Assembly (NCBI GenBank): GCA_004431415.1 | Contig: QPMI01000044.1 | Location: 434,001-498,000 of the forward strand | Length of the DNA: 64,000 bases | From: Cyanophora paradoxa CCMP329 | Taxonomy: Eukaryota > Plantae > Glaucophyta | Direction of reading: 5' to 3' | In this document: positions 47,605 to 60,300 of the stretch, piece by piece | How the letters are laid out: each line of letters starts with the position of its first letter | Position numbering within the stretch: position 1 is the first letter of the stretch | Notes under the pieces: generated by a model | Databases searched by the model: none | Seen by the model: only the letters and a program-made list of their open reading frames with translations | Told to the model about the DNA's origin: nothing | Position numbers and translations under genes: made by a program

Positions 47605-48265
47605 GCGCCCCCGGCCCGCCAGCTGCTTCGGTCGAGCTCCGAGGGCCTGGCTCGGCCCGGCCCGGCCCGGCCCGGCGGCGGCCTACCTAGGGCTCGGCGG
47701 CCCGCCGGCCTTGCCATCGCGGGCCGAGCTCGCTCCGCCAGCCACCGGGATCAGGCCCAGGCCAGCCGGCCGCGGCCCAGCGACGGGCCTACTAGGCTAC
47801 GTACACCAGGCCCTACCTAGCGTTTACTTACACGGGCCTACCTTCAAATTCGTCGACGTCTTTTGGAATTCGCAGTTTGTTCTTCAAGGCTTTAATTTGC
47901 GCGTTAATTTATAATTAGTAATTGATTATAAAATTAGTCTTCGTCACGGCGTCTTTATCCAGTCTAGCTAGTCTATCCGCAGTGCAGTGCAGTGTTCTTG
48001 TTGCCGCAGTGCATAGGTACTACCGGTATGTAAGGGCTTGAGTTCGTGTAAATATGCGCATCAATTGCAAACTCGTGAAGACCACTGGGTGCCCCAGCTC
48101 AGCGCGCGTGCCCTCGAGCCTCAGCCAACGAGAGTCATTGGCATTCTGGGGCCGGGCTGGCTGGACTAGCTGTATACAAAGCGGGGGGAGGGCGCGGCGA
48201 CAGGAAAAGCAAGCTCAAGATCTAGAGAGGAGGAAGGAGGAGGGGGCCGGGGCTGGGGCGGGGGC

Positions 48266-51200
48266 CTACGCCATGGCGTCGCCGATGCCAGCCTCGTTGA
48301 AGGCTTCCTGGAGGCGCCGCAGGGAGGAGGAGATGAAGCCGGGGGGCAGGATGGGCCGCGAGAAGAGGCCCAGGGGGGTACCCTCCGAGAAGGACTCCTC
48401 CAGGGCCGAGAGGAGGCCCCGGGAGGCCGCGGGGGTAGAGGGCGTCGGGGGCGCCCCCGCCGCCCCGCGCGGCCCGCGCGGCTCGCCCTCCTCCTCGTCG
48501 TCCGACCCGCCCCGGCCCCGCGCGCCCCGCACGGAGAAATCGACGTACTCCACCTTGGCGGAAGGTTAGGGGGTAGAGGGGAAGAGCGGAACGGGAGGGG
48601 GGTACCAGGTTGTCTACGATGAGGCGCAGCTGGCGCTCGAGCTTCAGGACGATGGCGGCCTCGACCTCGGAATCGGCGTACCCCGCCGGGCGGGGCCGGA
48701 CGAGGAGGGGGGAGCTCGGGGCGGCGACTGCCGAGGGGCCGGCGGTCGGGGGCGAGGGGGCGGCGGCGGAGCGGGCCTTGCCGCTGCCCGTGAGGGACGT
48801 GGGCAGGCAGGAGGAGGAGGGGGAGGGCGGGGCCGCGGAGGAGAGGGGCAGGGGACCCGGTCCCTCCCCCGTGGGGGGGTACGTGGGCGCGGCGGCGCCG
48901 CCCCGGAGCGCGGCCTCGAGCTGGGCGCTCTTGACGCGGAGCTGCTCCTCGAGGCTGGCGGCGCGCCGGGCCGCCTCGGATCGCTCCGCCTGCGCCCGCT
49001 CGACCGCCTCCTGCGCCGCGCGCAGCTGCGCGGCGGCCGAGTCCGCTCGCTCCGCCCCCGCCGCCATCTGACGGGCGGGCGGGCGCCGCCTCAGCCAAAG
49101 CGGACGGCGCGAACCGCGCACATAAGCACACGGACCTCCGCGGCCCTCTCAGCGAGGGCGGCGTCGGCGCGCTGGAGCTTGGCCTGAAGGTCCGCCACGG
49201 CCGCGTGCCTCCGCCGCGCCTGCTCCTCGGCCGCCTTCACCTCGAAGCGCAGCCTGTCTATGTGGTCCTCCACGTTGCCCGTGAGGAGCGCGAGCGCCTT
49301 GGCGCCGTCCCGCTGGGCCTTGGCCATCGTCCGGCGCCAGACCTCGGCGGCGATGAAGTTGGAGCCCTCGGCGGGGAGCCGGAGCGACTGCGGCGCGGCC
49401 TTGGCCAGGTCCTGGCTCACGAAGGCCGAGAGCGCGCGCATCCCGCCCGCGTCGCACACGCGCGCCCTGTTCCGCGCTGCGGGCGAAAAAGTAGCAGTCA
49501 AGAGGAGCGTTCGCCTCTCCGAAATTCCTAAGAGGGAGGGAAAGGTGTGCGCACGGAGCTGGGCGACGCGGTGGAGGACGCGGGCGGCGCCGCGGCGGCA
49601 CTCCGCGCTCTCGTCGCCGAGCATGGCTAAGAGGGCGGGCACGGCGCCCCGCTCGCCCAGCTGCTGCTGCACGTCCTCTGCGAGCGGTGCGAACGAACGA
49701 AGGGAGGGAGGGAGGAGCCTCAGCCGGCCGCCGCCTCGAACGCGAACGAAGGAGCGGTGCGTACCCAGGACGGCGAGGTGCGAGAGGCACTTGCCAGCGA
49801 AGACGCGGACCGCCTCTTCCGGGGAACGAAGGAGGGCCAGAAGCGGATCCAGTACCCCCTCGTCCACCAGGCGGCCCCGCAGCTCGGCTGCGGCTCGGGG
49901 CTCAGGGGGGGTACATGAGGCTCGCAGGGGGTACAGGAGGCTCACGGTTCTGGGAGAGAACGCGGAAGACCTTGCAGCTCGCCAGCTGCAGGGGGGAAGA
50001 AGTCAGGGAAGGGGGGGCGGGGGCGGGAGGGGGTACGGGTGCCTGGAGCTGGGGTTCCCCCTGCGCCTTGAGGAACGCGACGAGCTTCGGGAGAACGTTC
50101 TCCTTCGCGATCCACTGCTGGCGCTCCTCTGCGAACGAAGCGATGAGCAAAGGAAAGGAAAGAAAGAGAAAGGAAAAGGCTTTAAAAGGGGGGGAGGGGG
50201 GGGGGGGGGAGAAGCGCACTGTCCAGGGCCAAGTTCGCGAGCGCCTCGCAGGTGCTCCGCTGCTCAGGTGAGTCAGGGGCGAATCGAGCGTCGGCGACGG
50301 CGCCGGCGCCGGCCCCGCCCCACCTGCAGCGAGACGCTGCTGCTCTTGAGGCACTTAAGGAGGGCCTCAAGCCCCTGGGCCTTCCGAAGGCTCCTGGCCT
50401 CGGCTTCCTTCGACGCTTCCGCCTCCTTCCCGTCGCCGGCGGACGCAGCGGACGCCATCGGCAGCGGCGGCCGGCTCGGGGCGTCCTCGTCACTGGAGAG
50501 GACCCCCCCGGCGAGCTCTGCGGGGGCGAGGGGGGATGCGCGGGTCAGAGGCGCGGGGAGGGGTACCGAAAAGCAGCGGCGCGTACCCTCCTCGGCGAGC
50601 CGCGAGATGGTTTGCACGGCGCGCACCTGCACCTCTTCCGCGCCGTCCGAGAGGGATTTGATCACCGCTGGCAGGTCGACGCTCACTGCGGGGGCGCGCG
50701 GCGCTCGGTTCCACAGCGGCGGAGCGAGCGCGACGGACCGCACCTTTGGGCTCGGGCGCGGCGGCCGCGGATGCGCCGGCGCCGGCGGCGTCAGGCTGGG
50801 CCGTCCCCGCGGTGGAGGAGCGGCTCCGCGTGAAGAACTGGGAGAAGGAGATGTCGGCGGCCGCGTTCTGCAGCTGCGGCAGGTTCGTGTCTGCGCCCAG
50901 CCAGCCGGTGAGAACGGGAGAAAGAAGAAGCAAGAGGAAGAGGAGGGAGAAGCCGCGCACCGACGACGTTGTCGATGAATTGGCTGACTTTCTTGCGCAT
51001 CTCCGCCTCGCGCATCTTGTCTGTGAGAAGCAAGGAGATCAGGAGGCATTTCTAGTGCGAAAGGCGGAGATCGCACCTATGAACGCGGAGATCTTCCCTG
51101 GGGCGGCTGGCCCCGCCGGCCCCGCCGGCCCCGCAGGCGCGGCCGGGGCAGTTGCGTCGGCGGGGGCGACTGCATCGGCGGGCGCCTCCGCCTTTGCGGT

Positions 51201-51920
51201 TTCGACAGCATCGTTGGGCTGGTCCGAGGTGCCTTCGTCAGCCCGCGGCGTAGGGCTCGGGGACAGCGGCGGCGACTTGAATCGATCTGGCCTGTTTCGA
51301 AAAGCGAGGACACGGTCAGCGATAAAAGAAAGCTTGTGTCACTCAGCGCATCAGCGCAGCGCACAGGGACTCCTTGATGCGCTCGGGCAGCTTGCTCTCC
51401 TTCAACTTCTCGTGCACCTGGTCCACCTTGTCTGCGAGAGCGCGCGCTCCTTCAGATGTGTGTTCCTTGAGCTTGCTAAGCTGTTGGCCGCCGGATCGGT
51501 CAGATTGGCGCGCAAGCTGGAGCGTACGTTAACCATGCTCGCACCTTGTCGAAGATGGAGACGCGGAGGGATGAAGTCGTCTCTAGCTTCCCTTCGACGG
51601 GCTTTCCTTCGTCCACCGATCCAGTCAACGGCGTGGCTGCCGGCGACGCGCTAGACGGTGATGCAGCGCCCGGAAGCTCGGCATCGGCCTCGGACGAGAC
51701 GGTCGCTGCGACTGCCGGCACAGCGGCGCTTTCTGCTGCAGCAGCATCGCCTTCGGGCGGCTGCTTTGTCGGCGTGGTGGGCTCGTCCTTGGTGCCATCT
51801 TTTGACACCGATAAGCGGGCCCGGAAGGCCGCGAAGTTCTCCCTGCGGCGAGAGAAGCGCGTTAGCGGCGGTCGCACGCGCGGCAGCTCGCCGGGGGCGC
51901 GCGGACCGCAAGCTCGCCAT
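48266..51920 (-). CDS. Armadillo-repeat protein with C-terminal coiled coil
   Basis: Repeats such as LPAVIKSLSDGAEEVQVRAVQTISRLA, GVLDPLLALLRSPEEAVRVFAGKCLSHLA and GAVPALLAMLGDESAECRRGAARVLHRVA; many short introns; ATG 51920, TAG 48266-68. Confidence 0.82.
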
Positions 51921-51985
51921 TGTGTGTACCCGTCACGGGCGATACGAGCGCGGGATCCCGGCAACGCGAACACAGCAGCGGCAGC
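51921..51985. promoter_or_regulatory. 65-bp gap between divergent start codons (putative bidirectional promoter or overlapping 5' UTRs)
   Basis: ARM gene ATG at 51920 (-) and YceD ATG at 51986 (+). Confidence 0.55.
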
Positions 51986-53797
51986 ATGAGCTTCGTATCA
52001 GCGGCACCGCTAGCGCAGCGCAGGCCAGAGGCGACCCTGCGGCCCGGGGCGCACCCGATCTCGCCTCAATTCTTGGCCACACGCGCGTGCGGGCATGCTG
52101 CGGTGACTGGGGTGGTAAGGAGCAAGTGCGTTTCATGCTTTGGAACGTTGCAGCTACAGCGCTGCTCACGTTCAGGGCGCCAGGTCGATCTTTCTGGCCG
52201 GCAGCCTTCCCGTATCAGCGAGCTTCCGGGGGCGCGCTCCGCAGCCTCCTCGCCTCTGTATTGAGGCCAAGAAGGGCGGTATGTCGGCCGATTTCGACGA
52301 TAGCGAGTGGGACAGCGAGAAGGGCCTCGGGACCGAGCTCACCACAGGCGTACGTCGCACGCTCGCGCCTGCGGGGCTCGGGGACGCTCACGACACATGC
52401 GCAGACGTGGGCGGATGGCATCGAAGCTCTGGAGCGGCAGATGCGCATCGACGCTGAGAGCAAGGGCGCAGGAAGGGCGCGCGAGAGCGCCCGTCCCTCC
52501 CGACTCGGCCGCGGGCTTACCGCCCGCTCCGCTGCTCTGCAGGTCGTGAGCAGCATGAAGCTCACGCGGCAAGACCTCTTGCAGCCCGGCGCCGTCCTCA
52601 CTTTCCACAAAGTCACCACGCAGGTGCGGCCGCTCCCGTTCCCGCGCGCCAAGCCTGCCTTCGCCCTTCGCCGGCGCCCACGAACGCGCGGCCGCACAGG
52701 TGGACGTCGGTGTCGAAGATCTGGGGCCCCCGACCACCCCCGTGCGCGTACCCCGCCCCTCTCCCCCATCCCCCTCCCGCGCCCGAGCTCGGCGGGGGTA
52801 CAGGTGGTCGTGGATCTCGAGGTGCAGAAGGTGCGGGCGGACTGGTTCGCCCGCGGCGAGGTTCGAACCCTCGTCAACCTCGTCTGCGGTCCGCCCCGTA
52901 CCCCAATCCCCCCCCCCCCTCCCGCCTCCCCTTACCGTGTACCCTCCTCCCCAAGACCGCTGCGCGTGCGACTACAAGGAGAGCATCGAAGCGCCTTGGA
53001 CCATGTGGATCACAACCAAGGCCGGTGCGGGCGGTACCCCTCCCCGCCCCGCCCCGATCGTACCCCCGACCGGGACCCTGCTCCCCCCCCCCCCCCTTCT
53101 CTCTCGGGCCCCTCTTTCCGTAGATCTCGAAGAGCTCCCCGATGACGAGGTATCCCCCTCAACCCCCACTGCCTCTTCGCGTACCCCTTTGTCCTGCTTA
53201 GCCCATCTTCCCAGGATGCGGTGATGGTGATGGGGCCGAACGTCGACGCCATCGACATCAGGTGCCTTCCCCCCCCCCTCCCCCCCCCCCCCCGCTCCGG
53301 CGGAAGCCGATCCCATCCGTTCCCCCCATCCGTCTTCGAATCCCGTACCCCCGCAGCGGAGTGGTGCGGGATACGGTCTACTCGTCGGTCCCCTCGCGCT
53401 GCCTCTGCAAACAGGACTGCAAGGCGCGTCCCCCCCCCCCCCCCCGCCCGGCGTTCGCCTTACCGCCCCCCCCCCCCAGGGCCTTTGTCAGCGGTGCGGG
53501 GCGGACCTGAACGCGGGAGAGTGCGGCTGCGGGGGGGACGAGCCCGGCCCGGAGGACGTACCCCTCCAGTGGGCGGGCCTGGCCGAGCTGGTCAAGTCGG
53601 GGGCACTGGACGCTGCTTTCAAGGACAAGGGAGGCAAGGGGAGGGGGCAGGGCCTCTCGAAGGGCCTGGCCAAGGGGGGGCCCAAGGCCGGCGCCCCTCC
53701 ATCTACCCCCGAGCCCTCGGCCTCCTCCGAGGCGCCCAAGCGGCGCGGGCGGCCCCGCAAGCGGCCGCTGACCCCCGGTAATCCCGACCTGAACTAG
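51986..53797 (+). CDS. yceD: Plastid-targeted YceD/DUF177 family protein (23S rRNA accumulation factor) with C-terminal AT-hook-like motif
   Basis: Transit peptide MSFVSAAPLAQRRP...SASFRG...CIEAKK; ARGEVRTLVNLVCDRC; IDISGVVRDTVYSSVPSRCLCKQDCKGLCQRCGADLNAGECGC; PLQWAGLAEL; KRRGRPRK; TAG at 53795-97. Confidence 0.88.
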
Positions 53798-54316
53798 AGC
53801 CCGAGTTCGAGTCCGCACCGTTCCATACGCTTCGCTGTGATCCAGCCTGCAGCTGGCAGTGATCATGAATGCGAGTGGCCATATGCATAAGCATATGCAT
53901 GGGAAGCGCCCTTGTAGCTCGCGATCGGTCGCTGCCGGGGTCAAGGGGCGTCGGCACAGATTAGGGCGAATTTAGGAAGCGACTAGACTAGTAGTACTGC
54001 CAGGCTGTATCATGTACTAAGTTCGACCGTTACACAGCTGCGATCACAGTATACGCACCTACGACAGTGCGGTCGCTATGATAGCTATATAGTATGGCAC
54101 ACATAAATCATATGGTGGCCTTTCGAATTCAAACTTTCAGGTCTTGAAGTAACCAGCAGTAGCAACGACAAGATCCTAGCTCTGCTCGTACGCTGCATAC
54201 TAAACTGACAATTACACAAGCTTCGAAAATTCATATGTACGTACACTAACAGGCCTAGCTAATAGGTAAAGCTAGAAGATGTAGAACACGCCATATATAT
54301 CGAAAGTTGCGCTTCG

Positions 54317-57300
54317 TCACAGGCGGATGGCGACCGCGGCGGCTCTGCCATCGTCGCCCTTGGGGGGTGCCCTGCCTGCCCCTGCATTCGCCTGCTGCGG
54401 AGCGCCCGCACCGGCGATAGCGCTCGAGCTGGAGTTGCCGGCCCCGCTCGAGGTCGAGCCCGAGAGATCGATGGGCCGCACGGGGAGGTTGGGGATGGGG
54501 AGCGCGGCCCCCGCGAAGCTGTAGGCGTAGCGGCTGCTGGGGCCGGCGCCGCCGACGGCGGGGAGCGCCGACATTGACGCTGCCGCGGACAGTGGGAATC
54601 CGAAGGGCGGGAGGGCATGGGGCCGGGAGGGGCGGCCGCTGGCGCCAGCGCTCCGGCCCGTTGCCAAAGTTGCATCCGGCACGAAAGATGACGGAGGGAA
54701 AGGTCGCTGGGCCGACTTGGATCTGGAGGCCTCTCCAGCGCCGTCTTCATCATATATGTCGATCAGGCCCTCAATTTGTCCGAAGCTGTTGCTTCGCCTT
54801 CGGTTCATTCGGGCCTCTTCACGCGCGGATTTCGTGGGCCTAGGCCTCGTGGGTGTGCCCGAACTCGAACTCAGCGAGACGACATGTACAGTGGCTGCGT
54901 GTGGTCTGCAGCTGTCCGCGACATCTCGAGCTCCGTGGGAGCGAGGCTGCATCTCTATTTTTGGATGCACTGTCAACGGCTCGCTTGCGACCGATCCGTC
55001 GACGACGGAGTCTTCTCCTGTATCGGCGTCGCGGCGCGGCTTCTGCGTTTCGCATTAGATTGGAGCTTTGAAGTGCGCCGTTTTAGTTTAAATTTCATGC
55101 GATTAAAGGGAGCGGTCGCTCATCACCTTGACGAAGTATCGCGCGGTGAGGAATGCGACTGCAATCTGGCCTCCGACCTGCCGCGAGCCGCTTCGTCAGC
55201 AGCGGACGAGTCGCGATCGCGAGATGGACAGCGTCGCAGTTGTAACGTGCGCACGGCGATGGCGGTCTGCGTGAGGGACGACAGGTCCGCCAGCATGTCG
55301 GCCACCGTGGCCTTCACCTTGCGGTACACCTGCGGCAGGGCGCGTCAACACGAATGACGCGCTGTCGACTCGCGAGCGGCTGGAGGCGAGCGCACCATGA
55401 CGTAAATGTTGTCGATGTTGAAGAGGACGCGGAAGGCGACCGACTCTCCAGCACACTCCGGGTCGGAGAGCGGTTTCGTGAACGAGCAGAGGGCCTGGCA
55501 GCAGCGGGCCGGAGCGAAATGAGATAAATACTGATGAGATTGAAAGGGGTGGAAATCAGGAGATACGCACGAAGGATCCCTCGCCCTTCTCGGCCGCGCG
55601 GTTGTCAGCTGGACGCAGGGCCGCGTCGTACCGCGGCGTCCCGTCGCGCTCGTCCTGTAAACGCGCGCGCCTCATCGTCAGATGCATGCGCGCAAACCGC
55701 GGCGCGGGTACAAGCAACCGTGACGTTCAGACCTCGAAGTGCAGCGGGAATAGAGACACGGGGATGGTGACCGGGAGCGTGCCGCGGAAGACGGAGAACT
55801 CGGCTTGCGAGGTGGGCACGATCACGCCCTCGATGGAGAGGTTAGACGGAACCTGCTTCGCGCATCAGTGAACGCAATTACAACAACCCAGCTTCATGCA
55901 AAGACGAACGTGGATGGCGTAGTTGATGGCGACCGCAAACGCGAGGCGCGATACGAGGCGGAAGTCGACTGTCACGTTGCTGGCCGCCAAGAGACGGCAT
56001 TGTTTGCACCGCCAGGTCACTCTGCGCGCACGCATGAGGAATCACAGTAGTGTAGCTGTTGCATGCACGTCGAAGCATGAACGGACAAGCAACTACGGCG
56101 TGCAGCGATGAAGCTCGTTTCAGCAACTGGCTCGGGCGAACCATCGACGGGCCCGATGCCCGAAACGAACACGTCGACACCAGCGCGCCCGTCTAAGCGG
56201 GATAGCGATGCGTTGCCGGAGCTCTCTCCTACTCGTCTCACGATCTGACAGGGACCTGCACGAGTGCCCATGATCAGAAGCTCTGCGAATCAACAAAAAC
56301 AAAGCAGAAAACAATTCAAAGTTCACCGGCGAATCCAGCGAAGGAGGCCGTGACGTTCAGAGGGCCGGCGATGCTGGCAGCCGACGGCGAGGCCCCCGGC
56401 TGGAGCGTCTGGATGATACTGAAGTTTGCGATGGACTGGGCATGCGCACGAATGCCGAGCGGTCAGAGCCCACGCATTGCAGCATGGCACATCTCGGAAT
56501 TGAAGCGCACAAATTGCAGGAGAACGTAGCCGGCTGCGATGGCGGCGAGACCGATGCCGATCATCGTGAAGACAACGCCGAAGCGAGTCTTTTCGTTCTC
56601 CTCTTCGTCCTCCGCCGCTTCCTTTTCTTCCGTTTTTGCGGACGCGCTTTTCGCTCCACCTTTTACTTCCTCGCGCTTGGTCGCGATGAGATCTGTATAC
56701 AGCCGGTCGAGCTTGAGGATCTGTCGACCGAGATGTTGGTGGCGGATATGAGCTTGAGAGAAGGCACAAGTGCCAGCGTACACGCTCAAATCGACGTTTT
56801 TTGCGCTCTTTGCGCTCGAGCTTCCGCTCCGAAGGAGCAGCCAACGGAATCTATGCGGGGGTTGATTCTACAATGCGAGATTCTTACGAACGAACGCATC
56901 GAGCGCACCTTCAAATACGAGTAGAGGCAGACGCCGGCAAGGATGAGCAGGACTCCAGTGCACGCCACCAGCACCGCGAAAATCTGTGCACGGTACGAAT
57001 TTATTTTCCAGGCCTAGGAGGCGTTCTGCTCTCTGGACAACTCCGCACCAGGTAAAGGCGCTGATTCGCGACCTCCTCCGTGCGTATTTCCTGCCGAGTC
57101 ATTCAATTCATGGCATTCGACCGATGCAACTCCAGACCACGCATGCGCACGGGCCGGAGGATGGTGGCCGAATTTGTGTCGTATCTGCGCGTGCGAATCG
57201 CATCGTTTCGAAGAACATGTCATGCATTTTAAATCACAAAATGTCCAGATTATAAATAAGAGAATTCCGCACGTCACGCTCTCGCTTATGAATGTCATTT

Positions 57301-60300
57301 CGCTGTCCTCGCTTGTAATGCGCTTGAAGAAGTCTCCAGCAGCCAACAGCCTTCGCGTGCCCATCAGGCCCCGCCTCTGGGTCCCTCCTGGCTGCGCAGG
57401 CTCCGCTCCTGCTGCCTCGCGGCCGGCGGCGAGGGCTTCAGTGATGGTCTGCGATATGAGCTTCTTGAAATCCGATATGTCGATTGGCTCCGATGTCGCG
57501 ATCGGGCACAGCTGCGTCGACGAGCACGGCGTGCAGGCCGTGGACCCCGCGGCAGCCGCAAACGTGCCGGACGGGCTGCACAATCCCGAGTTCGAATTCG
57601 CGCAGTAATATCCATGAGCTGGAAAGCAAAGCGCTGCACGGACCAGGGCTCGCAGTAGGCCAGCGTCGCGTTTCGGAAGGTGCCTTTCGCACAGACCTGC
57701 CGTTGCTATGTTGGCAGCGGAGAGACGGAAACGAGTCGAGCACCAGCGCACCTCGCAGAACGTCTGAGACTCGTCCGACTGAGTGAAAAAATAATGACGC
57801 TCGTCAGCGAAACGAATGGACAGACAGACACTGAGAGGCAATGCGACCCACCACAGTGCCCTCCAAACTGCGCAAAGCATCAGCTTGTGAACGAAACGCG
57901 GTCGAAAGCAAAGCAGGCTCGAAGCCCACCAGGACATACATCCCGTGGAGCCCGCTTGCGAGATCGTGTTCACGGGGCACGGCAGGCAGACGTCGCTGTT
58001 CGCAGGCAGGTACGTGGAAGAGGGGCACGGGATACAGCGCGTGCGGCTGTCGTCCGAGATCGATCCGGCAGCACAGCGGGTGCAAGTGGCATCTGCGGCG
58101 CAGATTCAGGATTGCGTCCAAGCAGCTTAATGGCGGTCTGGAAGAGCGGACCGCCAGCGCGTGAGGTAGTCAGAGGCGGGCACGGCTCACAAACGCCCTT
58201 GCTGGGGTACGTTCCAGCCTCGCAATCTGCAACAGAAAGTTCGGGTGTCGAGATGATTGCCGAATATTAATTCGAAGAATTGTAAGCAACAGCTTCTCAC
58301 CCCTGCAGTCCGCGCGGTCTTCGCGTGGCACCTTTCCCGACGGGCTGCTCTCAATGTGATCAGAATGGAGGCGATATCATTGAAAGAATTCATGCATGAA
58401 GTTCGTAGAGACTTTCATGAGACGCACCACTGCTCGCACTCGCCGTTGCCTGGGGCCCGCGAGACGGTTCCAGGGCCACAGGGAATGCACCCAGTGCTGT
58501 TGCTGTCTATCGGCCTGTAGAAACCCTGCGGAACAAAGTACGATGTTACTTTAGCAGCCCTGCGCGCTGGATAATTTTGGGGCCGAACCAGCGCGCAGGG
58601 CTCGCAGACGCGGCGGTTCGCCGACGAAGTGTACCCCGCTCCGCACGGGCTACACTCGAATGCCGTTCCTGGATCGGGTGCAATAAAGGTCTCGGGACAC
58701 TTGAGCACGCCAAGTCAGTTTATGTCACTGGAAAATTAGAACGAGAGCAATGCACACCCGTAAGCAGGTCTGCGTGCCCTCTGGCATGAATGTGCCTGGC
58801 GTGCACGGTATGCACTCGCTGGAATCTTCGGAGGCGTACGAGCCGGGCTGGCATGGCCGACACGCCTGCGAGCCCACTGGCGCCCAGGTCCCGATCCGGC
58901 ACGGCAGGCAGATGTTCATGTTCCGAGGCTTGAACGTGCCCGCTTGGCATGGATTGCAGCGCGTGCTGTAGCCGGGCGCGTTGGTTGCAAACAATTGGGA
59001 GGCGGTTGATCGCAAACGAGATTAGAAAGCGAGCAATCTCCGCTTACCGGTCGGCGTTGGAGATCTCGCCAGGAGCACACGCTGTGCACGCGACAAGGCC
59101 TCGCTCCTCTGCGATTGTTCCCTCCTCGCAGAGCCGGCAGGTCCGCGTGCCGTTGGCCTCCATATATCCAGCGGGGCACGGAACGCAGGTCACGCGATCG
59201 TCGGAGGACTGTGTCCCCGGAGGGCTGCAAGACAAGTTCGAGATATTGCTGCACGCAAAGGCATGGCAGGAAGAGAGGGTGCATGCAAACCACAGATCGC
59301 ATTCGGCACGGCCAGGCGCGTTGGAGTAATAACCATTCGAACAAGAGAGGCAGGAACTGCTGTTTGCAGGCCTCGCTGTACCGCTCGGGCACGGCGTGCA
59401 CTCCTGGTGTGTCTCGTCCGCAACGGACCCGGGCTCGCTGTGCAAATGCGTAAGTGATATAGCAATAAACAGTGCAAAGAAGACAAACAGTTTCATGGCT
59501 CACCATTCCTGGCAGGAGACCATTCCCAGAAGAGGGGCGTACATATTTCCGATGCAATCGCGGCAGCGCCACTCCTTCTCATACGTGCCCCGAGGGCACG
59601 AGAGGCACGTTGCGAGGTCGTCGCTCGGGACCGCGCCCCTCGCGCAGACTGTGTAGTTCCTCGAAGCGACCGGGGCCACTGACCCCACCGGCACTCGCTG
59701 GCATGACACCATCGGCGCGTGCCTGTAGTAGCCCACCATGCACGCTGCTCACGCTCGCCGTCAGCGTGCACTCATATGCATTCTCCGTACAGAATGCAAC
59801 GCACGCGTGCAGCTCTGTTTGTCCGCCGCGGCCTCGTAGCCCTCCGGGCACGTCTCGCACTGGTCCTTCCCGGGGTCGGACGTGATCGTGTTCGGCGGGC
59901 ACGGCAGGCACTGGTCATCCAGCTGGTAGCTCCCTGCGAATTCGAAAGCAGCCCATGGCGTTAACGAAAATGCATGCAAGAGCAGTTGCTCGCTCACCGC
60001 CTCGGCATGGCGTGCACGTGGCTTTCGTGCCATCAGGGACAAAGCCAGGTAGACAGACCGTGTAGTTGGAAGAGCCGATGCGGGCAACAGCCCGGACAGA
60101 CACGGCTTCGCAATAAGCCATCGCTCCATGTCGGTAGGTGCCTGTCGGAATCACGAAGGATGTCAATAATTCATAACATACACAGAAACCCAGATGAAAA
60201 AGACTGCATGACCAGCTGGGCAGTCGAAGCACAGGCGCAGGTCCGCTGAAGCGTACTTGCCGTCCGGGCACGCCGTGCAGTTTGAAGACGCCTCGAAAGG

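Noticed and set aside
49260-50978. 572-aa plus-strand ORF (and similar ones at 36732-37880, 42314-43054 and 39647-40801)
   Set aside because: Antisense shadows of GC3-rich minus-strand genes or of the repeat cassette.
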